The notes beneath the pieces are model-generated. The model saw only the letters and a list, made by a program, of their open reading frames with translations. It did no database searches and was not told the origin of the DNA. Below, in pieces: positions 1-11,056 of a stretch of DNA of 64,000 nt (position 1 is the first letter of the stretch; each line of letters opens with the position of its first letter). Source of the stretch: Pavona decussata (lineage: Eukaryota). A program made the translations under genes and the position numbers. The stretch covers positions 124,001 through 188,000 of the forward strand of contig CDRNST010000222.1 in NCBI GenBank assembly GCA_977016875.1, given 5' to 3'.

Positions 1-85
1 TACGTACATAACTGCGATGGTCTCTCAATTATTAATTCATTCATCCACAGTTCAAATATATTTAACAATTATTTCATGAGCGCCA

Positions 86-117
<32 letters not shown>

Positions 118-1635
118 TGCGTTGCTCCGAGTTGGCTATAATCATCTCATATCCAACAAGACGCATATGTGCGTGAACTTGGGCTTCTTTCCTGGTATAT
201 CCAGCTGTAAACGCCAGAAAGTTGACATGATAAAATCTCAGTTGTCATTTGTCGATTGTTTTACAGCATAGTACAAGCAAGTATATTTAAAAGAAATGTA
301 TATTCCTGGTCTAAATTGTACCCTCTGTCCGTTTTTCACACCCGGTCTGTAGTCTGCGTGTTACACTGACCGACTAAGTAATAAATTTTAGAATCTAATA
401 AAGGTTCTGACAGTAAAATCCGAACTTTCAACCTATTTTATCTGTTTTATTGATTCGTGTGCATCTACCTGGCCAACAGGATTTAGTAAAAGGGGCAGGG
501 ATATCTTGTGTTGGCTAAATCCCCCCTCGTAAAAGTTTTTGTTTTTTGAAAAAAGGGAATTCTGATTGAAATTGGTGTTTCGTGGGAATTTCTTTTTGAC
601 CGTATCTTTAACCCATTAAAATCGATGAAATTTGTCCTTCGATGTCCTCGCGTCACATAGGCGAAATTTGATCCGTCTCGAGTACATGCGTTTGTTTACG
701 CAAGATTACGCAGTTGTCACGTTTTGTCAATTAAAATAGAAAGGAGAACAGACAGGATGCTTTCCTTAAGGAAAAATTTATTCAGAAAAGTCTTTGTTTA
801 CGCCTAAGAAAGAAACGCTTATAATTCTAAATGCAAGACGAGAGACGCGAACGCGGTTTGAAGGAACTACCAGTCCAATTGGAAGCGAATTTATCAACCC
901 GTGCATGGCACGTTTTTTAAATTTTCGCAAAAACTGTTCAGAATATGAAGAATCGGCCAATTAGAATAGTATTTCAGTACAAATTCACGATCAAACCTGT
1001 AATTTTTCAGCCGTTGAATTCCGAAAAGTACTCAAATGTTTCGTAGAAAGTCCGTGGCCTGAATAAGGATTTGAGATGTCCGCGCTCCCCTAACTCGTCT
1101 CCTAGATAAAACAACAATTTGTACTCGAAGCACATTTTCTTCGTCGTTATTTCTCGGATTTCCGCTATCGAAACTGTTGACTATTCCTTAGTAGTTCCTC
1201 TTTCGACGTACCACTTCGAAAAGTTTTGTTTTCCTTCGGAAAACGCGAAAATCGGCGACTAAACAAATGTCCGACCCATGCAAACCCATGTAGCGACGAG
1301 CACAATCGACAAGATCACCTGCGCATGCGTTTTAAGGCCCAGACGGCGATTTGTGACTGAATTAGGGAAAAAAAAAAACCAAGGGCAATGTTCAACTTGG
1401 TCTCCCTTTGGGAAGCCCAAGAAACAAGCGCGAGTCGAATAATTGTTATATTAAAAACAATCAAGTAATATTGGTAGACCTTGTTGATTTCCTTTTCAGA
1501 AGCAACCAGAAAACAATTTATGGTCGCTACTTCTCGGGCATGGTATAATGGCTCATATACCATGGCCGCTAAGCCAATCAAAACTCTGGAATTGCGTTAT
1601 ACAATGATCTAGGTTTTAATAAACAAAGTTATATA

Positions 1636-2011
1636 CCGTCGGTTGCATCTTAGCGTGGACACAAGACAAAAAAACATGTTTAGTTCTAATAGGGTGCCAG
1701 ACATGACGTGTTTTGTCGCCAAACATTTGAAGTATGACAGCCGTTAGCAAACTGTCGCGCAAGATCAGCGCGTTCCACTCGTAAGTTTATTTTATTTTTC
1801 TCAACTTGCAGGTATATTTCTCATTTAGAAACAGCACACTTGCCTCTAGAAAGTATTCTTAACATCTAAAAATGCTTGCAAAAAATATTTTGTTAACTGG
1901 CAAAAGCAAATCAAGGCAAACTTCGAATGTTTGGCGCTAAAACATGTGATGTTTGCACCCAACTAGAACATGTTTTTGCCTCCCGTCTACACGCTTTGAT
2001 GCAACCGACGG
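1636..2011. mobile_element. MITE with TA flanks (Tc1/mariner-type); copies at 11198-12076 and 20665-20910 (truncated)
   Basis: TA|CCGTCGGTTGCATC...GATGCAACCGACGG|TA terminal inverted repeats that extend imperfectly for ~90 bp. Confidence 0.8.
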
Positions 2012-2118
2012 TATTTAATTTTTTTTTTTCACTTCTATGGCTATACTACGAATTCACAAAATTATACCGGCTCCCATTGGTGGAGTAAGAGCAGTAAGAC
2101 ATAGTTTTGGGATAGGCC

Positions 2119-2310
2119 CTGACTCGTCCTAAGTCGTCTCTTATTAATTCGTGCGATCGAGAGGAGACTAGGACGGCAACGCAACGAAGGGGACGACGGG
2201 AAGGAGGAAGTGTGAGAGCTCTCCCCTTCTTCCTCCTTCCCATCTTCCCCTGCGTGCATCTCCCTTGACCTTCTCTCGTTAATAATGAAAGATGACTGGC
2301 GACGAGTGAG
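2119..2310. mobile_element. MITE with 9-bp target-site duplication (copy at ~12185-12364)
   Basis: CTGACTCGTCC...GACGAGTGAG termini, flanked by GGATAGGCC / GGATAGGAC. Confidence 0.7.
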
Positions 2311-3682
2311 GGATAGGACTAAAGCATGCCTAGACAGCTTTCATATAGACCAGTGAGCTTTCGTTTAATTTTCTGTAAATTTTACTCAACTAAGGTATAA
2401 CTGATCTTATTGAACAGAAAAATTCCCCAGTAAACTTGAAAAAGAGTCGGAGCATACACATTTTACTAGTGATACACAGTTTGAAAGAAACGACGAAAAT
2501 GGTAACGACGAAAAGTAGGTGTCACAGCGAGCAATCGTTACTGGAAACGTAACTGAGCGAAGTGACTGCTGAACTTTTCTAAGCTCACTAATGCAGCAGC
2601 AGTAGTATATAAACTTTGTGCACTCAGACTCATTACAGTAATTAAAGCTTAAGATTGCAATTTAAGACATTGTAAACGTGAAGAGTCATAGTGTATAACT
2701 AGCGAATTTGGAGGTTTTGAATGATCTGTATTCTCCACAGCTAACAGCTGCAAGTTTTGCAAAATTCACGATTTTGCAAGTGGGTTTCGAGCACAGCCTG
2801 GGGTGCGAAAAGTTCGAATCACAAAATTTTATGAAAATTAAATTTCTCTGTTAGTATTTCATATTTGTTACCTACTTGCCAAGAGAAGTTGATGGAAGAG
2901 TGATCGAAATCTATTTTTTTTAGACAAAAATTGAAAATGAGGTTCTTAGGGATAATCGTTCTTGAGGATTGCTCGCTCTGGCACCTGCCTCATCACAACA
3001 TCCCAAACAGGGTGGAAAACCTCCTATCCCACTTCAAAAGCTGATTCTCCTTACTTTGTGGGTTTTCAGAATTAACATCACTCATAAACAAGATGCCCCT
3101 AATGGGGCATGCTTAATGTGGCCTTCTTTACTTCCATTGTATGCTTCGCAGATTTTTAAAACTATCGTCCCTTCGCAATTGAAATAATTCAATAGTTTTA
3201 TTCAGAAAGTCTGCGTGATATTTTATCGTTGTGTTACTGGAAATCATCCCGGAAATTAATTTCTGATAAGGTCATGACCCCGCTGGGCGCTGGGCAACAT
3301 GGACAGATACGGAAAAGGGGATCTGACTCAAGTTTTCTATTGAAAAAATAATCAATGTAAAAACGGTCTCTGTCTCCAAATTAAAGGTGAAAACGTAAGG
3401 ATCAAAGCGTCCGTATAAAGCACGAAGTGTTCTTCTTAAAATGCTTTCCCTGTATTAGTAGTTGGGTTCCCACTTTATAGCAATCTGGCAAACCAGTTAC
3501 AAACAAAAACAAAGCTTTCCTAAATGAAAAGTTTTAGTAAAAATTGACAATCAAACTTCAATCTTTTTATGCTATATCGATTAGTCGATTACCAGTAGTA
3601 CTTAGGCATCAGTTCGACAAAGTCTGCAGCGTCACGCATTAGTAATCACTGTACTGTGACATCTGCTCTGTTTCCTCCGCGT

Positions 3683-3886
3683 AATTAATGTGCAGATTTG
3701 AAGCTACGACGAAGAAAAAAAAAGATACATGACCGAAAACTTGATATGGTCTGCCCCGCGGGCATCCCGTGTAACTAATGTGCAGATTTGATGTTACCAT
3801 GAAGAAAAAAATACGACGACGACGAAGAAAAAGATACCCAGCCCAATTTTAGACACGAGCTGCCCTCAGGGCATCCCGCGTAATTA
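3683..3886 (+). repeat. Two degenerate ~100-bp tandem units (also at ~13721-13925 and ~20935-21027)
   Basis: AATGTGCAGATTTGA...ACGACGAAGAAAAA..AGATAC...GCCC..NGGGCATCCCG.GTAA occurs twice in tandem. Confidence 0.7.
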
Positions 3887-4857
3887 GCTAATTTCGTCGC
3901 TTTTTTGATAAGACACATGAACACTACAGTACGCTTAAACTTTGGCATCCAGTGTACGTTTTAGCAATGTACGCGGTCATACTATCAGTTGTTAAAATAC
4001 GGATATTTGTCTGCAACGTTCGTGCGCATGCCTCAAAACAGAAAGAAGCAAATAGGAAAATCTACATTTAGCGATGCGTGTTTTGGGGGTGAACCAGATC
4101 AGGAGTTTCTGATCTGTAGTTTTCCTTACGGATGATCCATTTTCAGATCAATGATCATCAAATCCAAAATTTAAAATGGCTTAGAATTCAGTTTTAATGG
4201 AAAGGCCAATAAGATCACCGATCCTCGTTCTCCGATCATGATTTTTCAGTTCTCATGCAGCTTCTGGTCAAAATCTCATCTCTTTATTGCCAAAATAAAA
4301 GAAACGAGCTTGTATGAAACATTGATTTATTTGGCGTATAAAATATCGCTTGACATAACATTAATCACCTTGACACAGACGAAATCGTTTCGATAAAAAC
4401 CTGATATGGCAAAATGAAATGTATCTGAAAGACTAGGTTTACAAAATTGAAATAACTTGAAATTTTAAAAAAAAGGCTTACTTGATATTTTGTCATATTC
4501 GGACTAGCAAAACTGCCTCAAAATCATTAAGAAACAAACATTTATCTGCTGGCGAGTTTCAAAACGATGCAAGTCAGGTTAACCGTCCTAGAAACCCCCC
4601 ATCAGGGTCTTGGTGCGGGAACGGTGCTCCAACAACTCTATCTTTTCCAGCATTAAGAAAGCAGCAGGTAAAATTTCTGTGACTTTGGGTGCACTTAACA
4701 GTGGATCTGAAAAAAATAAAAACGTAGTGTAAAGCAAAGTTATTTATACATGGTTAGATTTAAAGCTAGATGCTTGTGAACACTGTAATCAAACATATTT
4801 TAAACATGCAAAGCGAACATTAACCTCTTAAAAATCTCAACTGGTAGGGAGACTTAC

Positions 4858-7800
4858 TTAAGGTCTCTTAACGGATATTCTATTAAAGAAACTGGTTCTA
4901 CTTATGACCGTCAAAAGCCCGTTTGAACTCTTATACAAACTCTATCAGTAGTTTCACATTCTCTTTAGATGCCCATTTCAGTGAGCCGCGGCGGACAATT
5001 TCGAGATCGAAGAACAATTCGAGCTTTTCTTCTGTTCTTAAGCTCCTGCGGTGTTTTCAGCTCACGTATACCAAAACCACTTCCTCTTTTGCCATGTGGA
5101 CGAAAACCCACAAATTTAGGAGGATCTGTTTTCAAAGTGTTACAAGAGGTTGTCACATGTTTTGGGCGATGTTGTAACCTAGGTGCCACAGCTAGCAATC
5201 CTTCTGGAAACGTAATTGATCGAGGTGACTACGCAACTTTTCTAAGCTCACTACTGCAGCAGCAACACACACTCGACGTAATTTTCAATTGTTACACGTT
5301 TCTTCCTCTTACTTGGCGGTGCGATTAACGTCAGGACGCCATCGCCGCTGTTTGTTTCATCTATTAAATTCTCCACTGAGTGACCTCACATAATAGCTCA
5401 TCAAGGAGGTGAGGGTGTGTTCCTTTGGGCGAGTCCCCAAGCAGTTTTTCGATCCAACATTCACTAGACTCTAGGGTCGAATGGAAAAGAATTTGCAATC
5501 CCGAGCGAAATAATTTGCTTTCTTCTTCTTGATGAGGTATGTGATGATACAGCGATGATGGTGTCTTGGCGTTCATAGCACAAAGTCAGACTGGAAGAAA
5601 CGTGCACCAATTGAAAATTATATGGGAAGTGTTGTGCCACGGCACAGCGTGGGACCTTCAGCAGTCCCTTTCGTATGTCAAATAAAATATTTGCTCGCAA
5701 ATAGACTTTTTATGTCTTCTCTCTTTGACCAAAGTTTATTGGATAGTCAGAGGGACTGGGTCTGGAGGAGGTCGTAATGACCATTATGTCCACCCCTCTA
5801 CTAGGTTTTTCGCAGATCACGTGAAATGGCAAGCCATGTGCTTGCCATTCGTTTCTATTATTCGGCGTGAGAAGCTGTTTTTAATAAGAGCAGCATTTAT
5901 GGGTTTGGTTTTGGGCGGAGAGAGAAAGACATAAAACGATCTGCTGAGTTCCTGGAATTAAGGATTGCTCGCTGGGGTTCCTGCCTTATTACAAAAGTGA
6001 TCGACAACAAACAATTCACGAAATTAATTAACCTCAGATGCTGGAGTTTTTACCTTTTCCATCAGTCTTACAGTTTGGATTTTCTTCGAATTCCTCCAGT
6101 TGGGGTCTGTTTCCTTTCTAGAGCACAAGACCAGCAAAGAAAAATAATTGTTAGGAAGGTTTTTAGCAACATTAACCGTTAGGGGGAAATATCTTTTAAA
6201 ACGCAATTATGACCCAGAAAACTTTGAGTTAATGTGTTCAAGCCTGGTCCTGTATATGTGCACAGTTGGACTTTGTACATTGCCTTTTCCAATAGTTTGA
6301 AATTCTTACATTGTAAAAAGAATATTTTAACTATCTACCTACTCAGTCTTCGCCAAGATACTACATGAGTAAGCGTTTGCTTTGTCTTACAATACAACGG
6401 CCATCAGAGTCAACATTTCCTCGTGTACATGTGTCATAGATTAGATATAGTTCCCTTTAAGGGGAGTTTACTTATACTGTGAATCTTAAATTGAATTTTA
6501 CTAGGCCCCACTGAATATCAGCTTCCGTAATGTGAGTTCTTTGTATAAAGATCGTTATTATTAAATAACAATTGTCAAATACTTGTGAAATGCTCGTGGC
6601 TAGTCTGACGCGTCGTTTCGTCTCGGCCAAGAGACTCTTCAGAGACCTTCAGAATTTATAGGCAAACTCGCTCGTTAAGCATCACGCACAAATTTCCGTT
6701 CGCAAATTCAAGATGTTAGCAGCCCTCTGACACAGAAGGATTCCCAACCGCACGTACACGATTTGAAATTTATACAATAAAGAATTGAAAAATTGTAAAC
6801 TACTTGTGAAATGCTCTTGGCTAGTCTGACGCAGCGTTTCGTCTCGGCCAAGACTCTTCAGAGACCTTCAGAATTTATAGGCAAACTCGTTGAGCATCAG
6901 ACCTAAAGTCCCGTTCGCAAAAAAAAAAAAAAAAAAAATCCGCGTCAGACAAACCAAAAACATTTCACAAGTATTTGGCAAGTTTTCAATTCTTTATTCT
7001 ATCAATTTCAACACGTGTACGTGCGGTTGGGAATCCTTCTGCGACAGTAGGCTGCTAACATCTTGAATTTGCGAACGGGACTTTGCGCGTGATGCTCAAC
7101 GCTTTTGCCTATTAATAGGCCTTATCACGGTTTTCGACACCATTTTGACGAGTAGGCAAACACGTCTGAAATAACAGTGTTTGTATGGAAATCCGATGTC
7201 AAATAATTTTCATAAAACGTCGCTTCTGAAAAATTCATGAATTGGAAACTTTTAGCACTAGTAAAAGGATTTTAAGAAAAAAAATTGGAGGGATGTAGCT
7301 GTGCTAGAAAGCGTCCAGTCGTGTTTTGAACTTTCCATACATTTGTCTGTATAGCGAACCAGCCGTGAACTGCTACTAAAAATAGTTCGCGGGAAAAAAA
7401 TACAGGGAAATGTATGGAAAGTTCAAAACACGACTGGACGCTTTCTGGCACAGCTACATCCCTCCAAATTTTTATCTTAAAATCCTTTTACTAGTGCTAA
7501 AAATTTCCAATTCATGAATTTTTCAGAAGCGACGTTTTATGAAAAATTATTTGACATCGGATTTCCATACAAACACTGTTATTTCAGACGTGTTTGCCTA
7601 CTCGTCAAAATGGCCTCGAAAACCGTGATAAGGTCTATTCTGAAGCTCTCTGAAGAGTCTCTTGGCCGAGACGAAACGCCGCATCAGACTAGCCACAAAC
7701 ATTTTACAAGTATTTGACAATTTTTCCTTTTTTTTATTTTACAAATAACAATAATTACATTTAAACTTGGGCAGGGTCCGCCACGGACAAACTCGAAAGC

Positions 7801-9932
7801 CAAATTTCTGACGTTTGTGAGTCGATTCCGCTTTTCAAACGTTATCAGGATATTGGCGGATGACAGAATTACATCTTGATTGTCGCCGTTTTACAAGCGA
7901 GTTCGAAGGATTGTATTTCTCAGCGATAAATCATGATCCTTTTTGGGATGTGACAGACGGCAACTTTTGTAATTTCGAGACTTTGGCTTCCGATAGAGTA
8001 AAAATGTAAGACTTGAACTTTGAAACTAATCTTAATTAGTTAGTATTTCAATATTAAAGTCGTCTAGACGCATTTAACGTCTGAGACGTTAAAGCCGTCT
8101 GTTAAGTGCGTCTAAACAACGCACTTAACAGAAGACGTTAAAGTCGTCAGACGTTAAATGCGTCTTTCTTATTTACTGTTTTTATACTAGACGTTAAAGC
8201 TCGAGACGACTTTAACGTCTCTAGCATAAAAACGGCCAATAAATGTATGCGCTATAAGGCCGTGACAAAGACCTGGCACCTATCATTTGGGTTAATTGGA
8301 CTGTATAGACTTAAGTTTTACATGAATTATTTCATCCGTATTTATACTGTTCATTTTAAAAACATTTGCTCAACATGAAAATGTTCTTTACTGACTCTCA
8401 GCCTGGGTAGTGTTCCTAGTATAATCTCAGCCTCAACGTTCTTATTGAAAAGGTTCTTATAAAAGAAGAGTGTATTCAACAGTAGGCCTTATCACGGTTT
8501 TCGACGCCATATTGACGAGTAGGCAGACAGGCTTGAAATAACAGTGTTTGTATGGAAATCCGATGTCAAATAATTTTCATAAATCATCGTTTCTGAAAAA
8601 TTCATGAATTGAAATCTTTTGGCAATTGGAAAAGGAGTTTAAGAAAAAAATTGGAGGGATGTAGCTGTGCCAGAAAGCGTCCAGTCGTGTTTTGAACTTT
8701 TAATACATTCCCTATATTTTTTTCCCGCGAACTATTTTTAGTAGCAGTTCACGGCTGGTTCCGGCTTTACAGACAAATGTATGGAAAGTTCAAAACACGA
8801 CTGGACGCTTTCTGACACAGCTACATCCCTCCAATTTTTTACTTAAAATCCTTTTCCTAGTGCCAAAAGTTTCCAATTCATGAATTTTTCAGAAGTGATG
8901 TTCTATGAGAATTATTTGACATCGGTTTTCCATACAAACGCTGTTATTTCAAGCCTGTTTGGCTACTCGTCAACATGGCGTCGAAAACCTTGAAACACCT
9001 ATTTGCACTTAAAGCTGCAAAAACTGACTGATGATAAGTTCTTAATTTGTCTCAAAAGGGTTCCATAACACGCGTCATTACTAAGTTCAGGGCGAAACAG
9101 AATGTATTGTATAAATTATTAAGATCGCAAAGGAAAAAACTCTTGTCATGAATATTTCACATGCTGTCAGAATGAGTCCAGTCAAGGTTGGTGCATAATC
9201 TCGTACCCAGATGTTGAGCACGTGCTGTATGGCACTTTGTACTTTTACGTAAAGAAATGTTATTCAAACATACCGAATAACTTTAGTAAGGGTGCGTCTT
9301 TTTGGGAGAATCCGAAAACGGATTTGTGATCTCGGATCATTCTGATCCGACGAATCCTTGTCCAGAGGATTCGTCGGTTCCTTTGATGCGGCAAGATCCG
9401 AATGATCTGAGATCACAAATCCGTTTTCTGATACTCCCAAAAAAAACTGCACCCTTAAGTCTATTAGCAGTTAATTCGGAAACGGCTTACGTAACAGTTA
9501 CGTAACTTGTTAGCTTAAAACGATTCTGGTTATTCAGAGTCAAAATAAAGTTATGCTGGTCCGCAAAGCCTTTTTTGACTTTTCTCTGCTGTCGTCGAGT
9601 TCAAGTTAGTTAAATCCGTTAGATCCCATGTACCGTAGTTGTAACGGGCTTCGATCCCGCGCAAACTGTGAGTTGTTCTTGAGCTCGATTTGTTGCTATT
9701 GTAGATATTTTTGTGAGTCGTCGAATTTCGTTAACATTTCATTTTACAGTTGAGATTTGCGGGCAAGGAAATCTATCGTTTGCATAAGCCTCAATTGAAA
9801 TAGCAATCACGCAAGCAATATGGAATAAATAAATAGTGAAATAGCGAGAGGTGAACGAAAGTTTCCTCTTGTATTTTTTCGCGAGACTCTAAGGCTGTAA
9901 TATCAATGACCTACCTCGCCTGCTGCAGCCAT
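4858..9932 (-). CDS. Candidate multi-exon gene B, copy 1 (unknown product; last exon probably outside the window)
   Basis: Hand-built GT-AG exons in compatible phase: 9932-9915 (AAAATGG context, MAAAGE|GTAGGT), 6117-6054 (KGNRPQLEEFEENPNCKTDGK), 5360-5313 (DETNSGDGVLTLIAPP|GTAAG), 5203-5066 (KGLLAVAPRLQHRPKHV...GI|GTGAG), 4879-4858 (QYPLRDL|GTAAGT). Differences from copy 2 lean synonymous in exons 2 and 4, and exon 3 is identical. Confidence 0.4.
6570..7722. mobile_element. Foldback-type element with long inverted arms and ~230-bp internal subrepeats
   Basis: TTGTCAAATACTTGTGAAATG...CGTTTCGTCTCGGCCAAGAGACTCTTCAGAG at 6572 is repeated at ~6800 and is reverse-complemented at 6940-7113 and 7640-7720. 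Confidence 0.8.
7114..7639. mobile_element. ~525-bp palindromic MITE nested in the foldback element
   Basis: AATAGGCCTTATCACGGTTTTCGA...TCGAAAACCGTGATAAGGTCTATT, with near-perfect inverted arms >200 bp around a short spacer. Confidence 0.88.
8481..9003. mobile_element. Second copy of the same 525-bp MITE, with the spacer in the opposite orientation
   Basis: Same arms as 7114-7639; the spacer TTCCCGCGAACTATTTTTAGTAGCAGTTCACGGCTGG is the reverse complement of the first copy's spacer. Confidence 0.88.
9289..9455. mobile_element. Short palindromic MITE, PIF/Harbinger-like (copy at 18336-18524)
   Basis: TAAGGGTGC...GCACCCTTAA ends; the arms AAAACGGATTTGTGATCTC / GAGATCACAAATCCGTTTT are inverted. 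Confidence 0.8.
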
Positions 9933-10054
9933 TTTACGCAAACCGATACCTTGGGTATGGTAAGAGACGATGCTCCAAGGACTCGTAGGATCTTGATCCG
10001 CACTCTCGACGAGCAAGGGTTAGAAAGAAAGTTTGTCAGCAGACTAGATGTCTT

Positions 10055-10258
10055 ATCGTAAAACCAAACCAAAGTAATTGCTCTTGCTAATCACCACAGG
10101 TGCAAACAGCGCAATGAACCAATCAGAATTCAAAGCAAGTACATGTAACCGACGGCAAGCGCGGGAAAAACACGTGCAAGCAAGGCAGGATTGGTTTTGG
10201 TTTTACATCTTATTGGTTGAGAAAGTAGCATGAGTTTTTTCAACCAATCACAGGGCGT
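10055..10258. repeat. Dispersed CCAAT-rich repeat (also 19195-19398 and ~42080-42330)
   Basis: AAAACCAAAGTAATT...AACCAATCAGAATTC...GCGCGGGAAAA...ATTGGTTGAGAAAGT...AACCAATCACAG is shared by all three sites. Confidence 0.8.
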
Positions 10259-10781
10259 GAGGAGCGAGGGCTTAAGTTTCTTGCCTGAACCTACTTGACC
10301 AGACGGGAAAAACGAAGATTAGAACCTTGAAATTTAAACGGGGTGCATACATGAATAGTTTACATTAGAAGACTTAACAGATCAATGGTTGAATAAAAAA
10401 AACGTTCACAAGAGCAGTCATAATATATTAATTGAAATACAGGAACAGGCAGGGAGGCGAAGATATATTCGCGCAAGACAAAGTCTATTTCACATGAATT
10501 CTCTAGTTTCATATAAGGTCATCGAGGTCTAAAAACAACTATAGCGTCTCCGCGCTTGAGAATTGGGCAAAACGTCAAACTCTTGACATCGTCCAGTGAA
10601 TTGCTTCGATTTTATTTTTTTATGGCTTGGCAGTGAAAACCGGCATAGGGAGTTCCTTCATTCCAACACCCCTTTAGCGGACACCAATTTCCGTTCGGGA
10701 AAATCAACTACAGCCCCCAATGATAAACGTTCGCCCGTGCACCGAAGCGTATTGTAATCTAGAGATACAAAAAAATACCCT

Positions 10782-11019
10782 TCATTTAAGTTTGTTTACA
10801 AACCATGTAACAAGTGGGGTAATAGATTTGGCTTTATCGTATCCTCTCCTTAAGTCTGCAACCATTTTTTCTGTGCAAGAAATGTACTGGTCGACGAGAG
10901 GATTATGCATGTGTGATGTCGCATTTAAGGACGGGCTGATATAGAAGAAGAATATACGAAATGTAACAAGCATGGATAAATAGATAGCCAACTGGGCGCG
11001 TAGCGCCGAGTTGGCTATA

Positions 11020-11056
<37 letters not shown>

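Larger units (their letters stand above)
1..10980. repeat. Tandem segmental duplication, unit 1 (~10 kb; the array probably continues upstream of the window)
   Basis: Position 1 (TACGTACATAACTGCGATGG) recurs at 20298, and position ~101 recurs at ~10981. Co-linear similarity to 10981-20174 runs along the unit, and paired ORFs recur (2969/13007, 5364/15402, 9264/18311, 10782/19978). Confidence 0.95.

Noticed and set aside
5579-5866. Possible + strand exons (5579-5672, 5816-5866)
   Set aside because: Splice-like dinucleotides exist, but the changes between copies are largely replacements and no start-to-stop chain could be built.
6570-9455. CRISPR-like or other prokaryotic repeat array
   Set aside because: The repeats are inverted TIRs without a regular repeat-spacer period; the context is spliceosomal-intron eukaryotic DNA with no cas genes.
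9264-9505. Mirror-image ORFs on both strands (also 18311-18573 and 39111-39426)
   Set aside because: Artefacts of palindromic MITEs.
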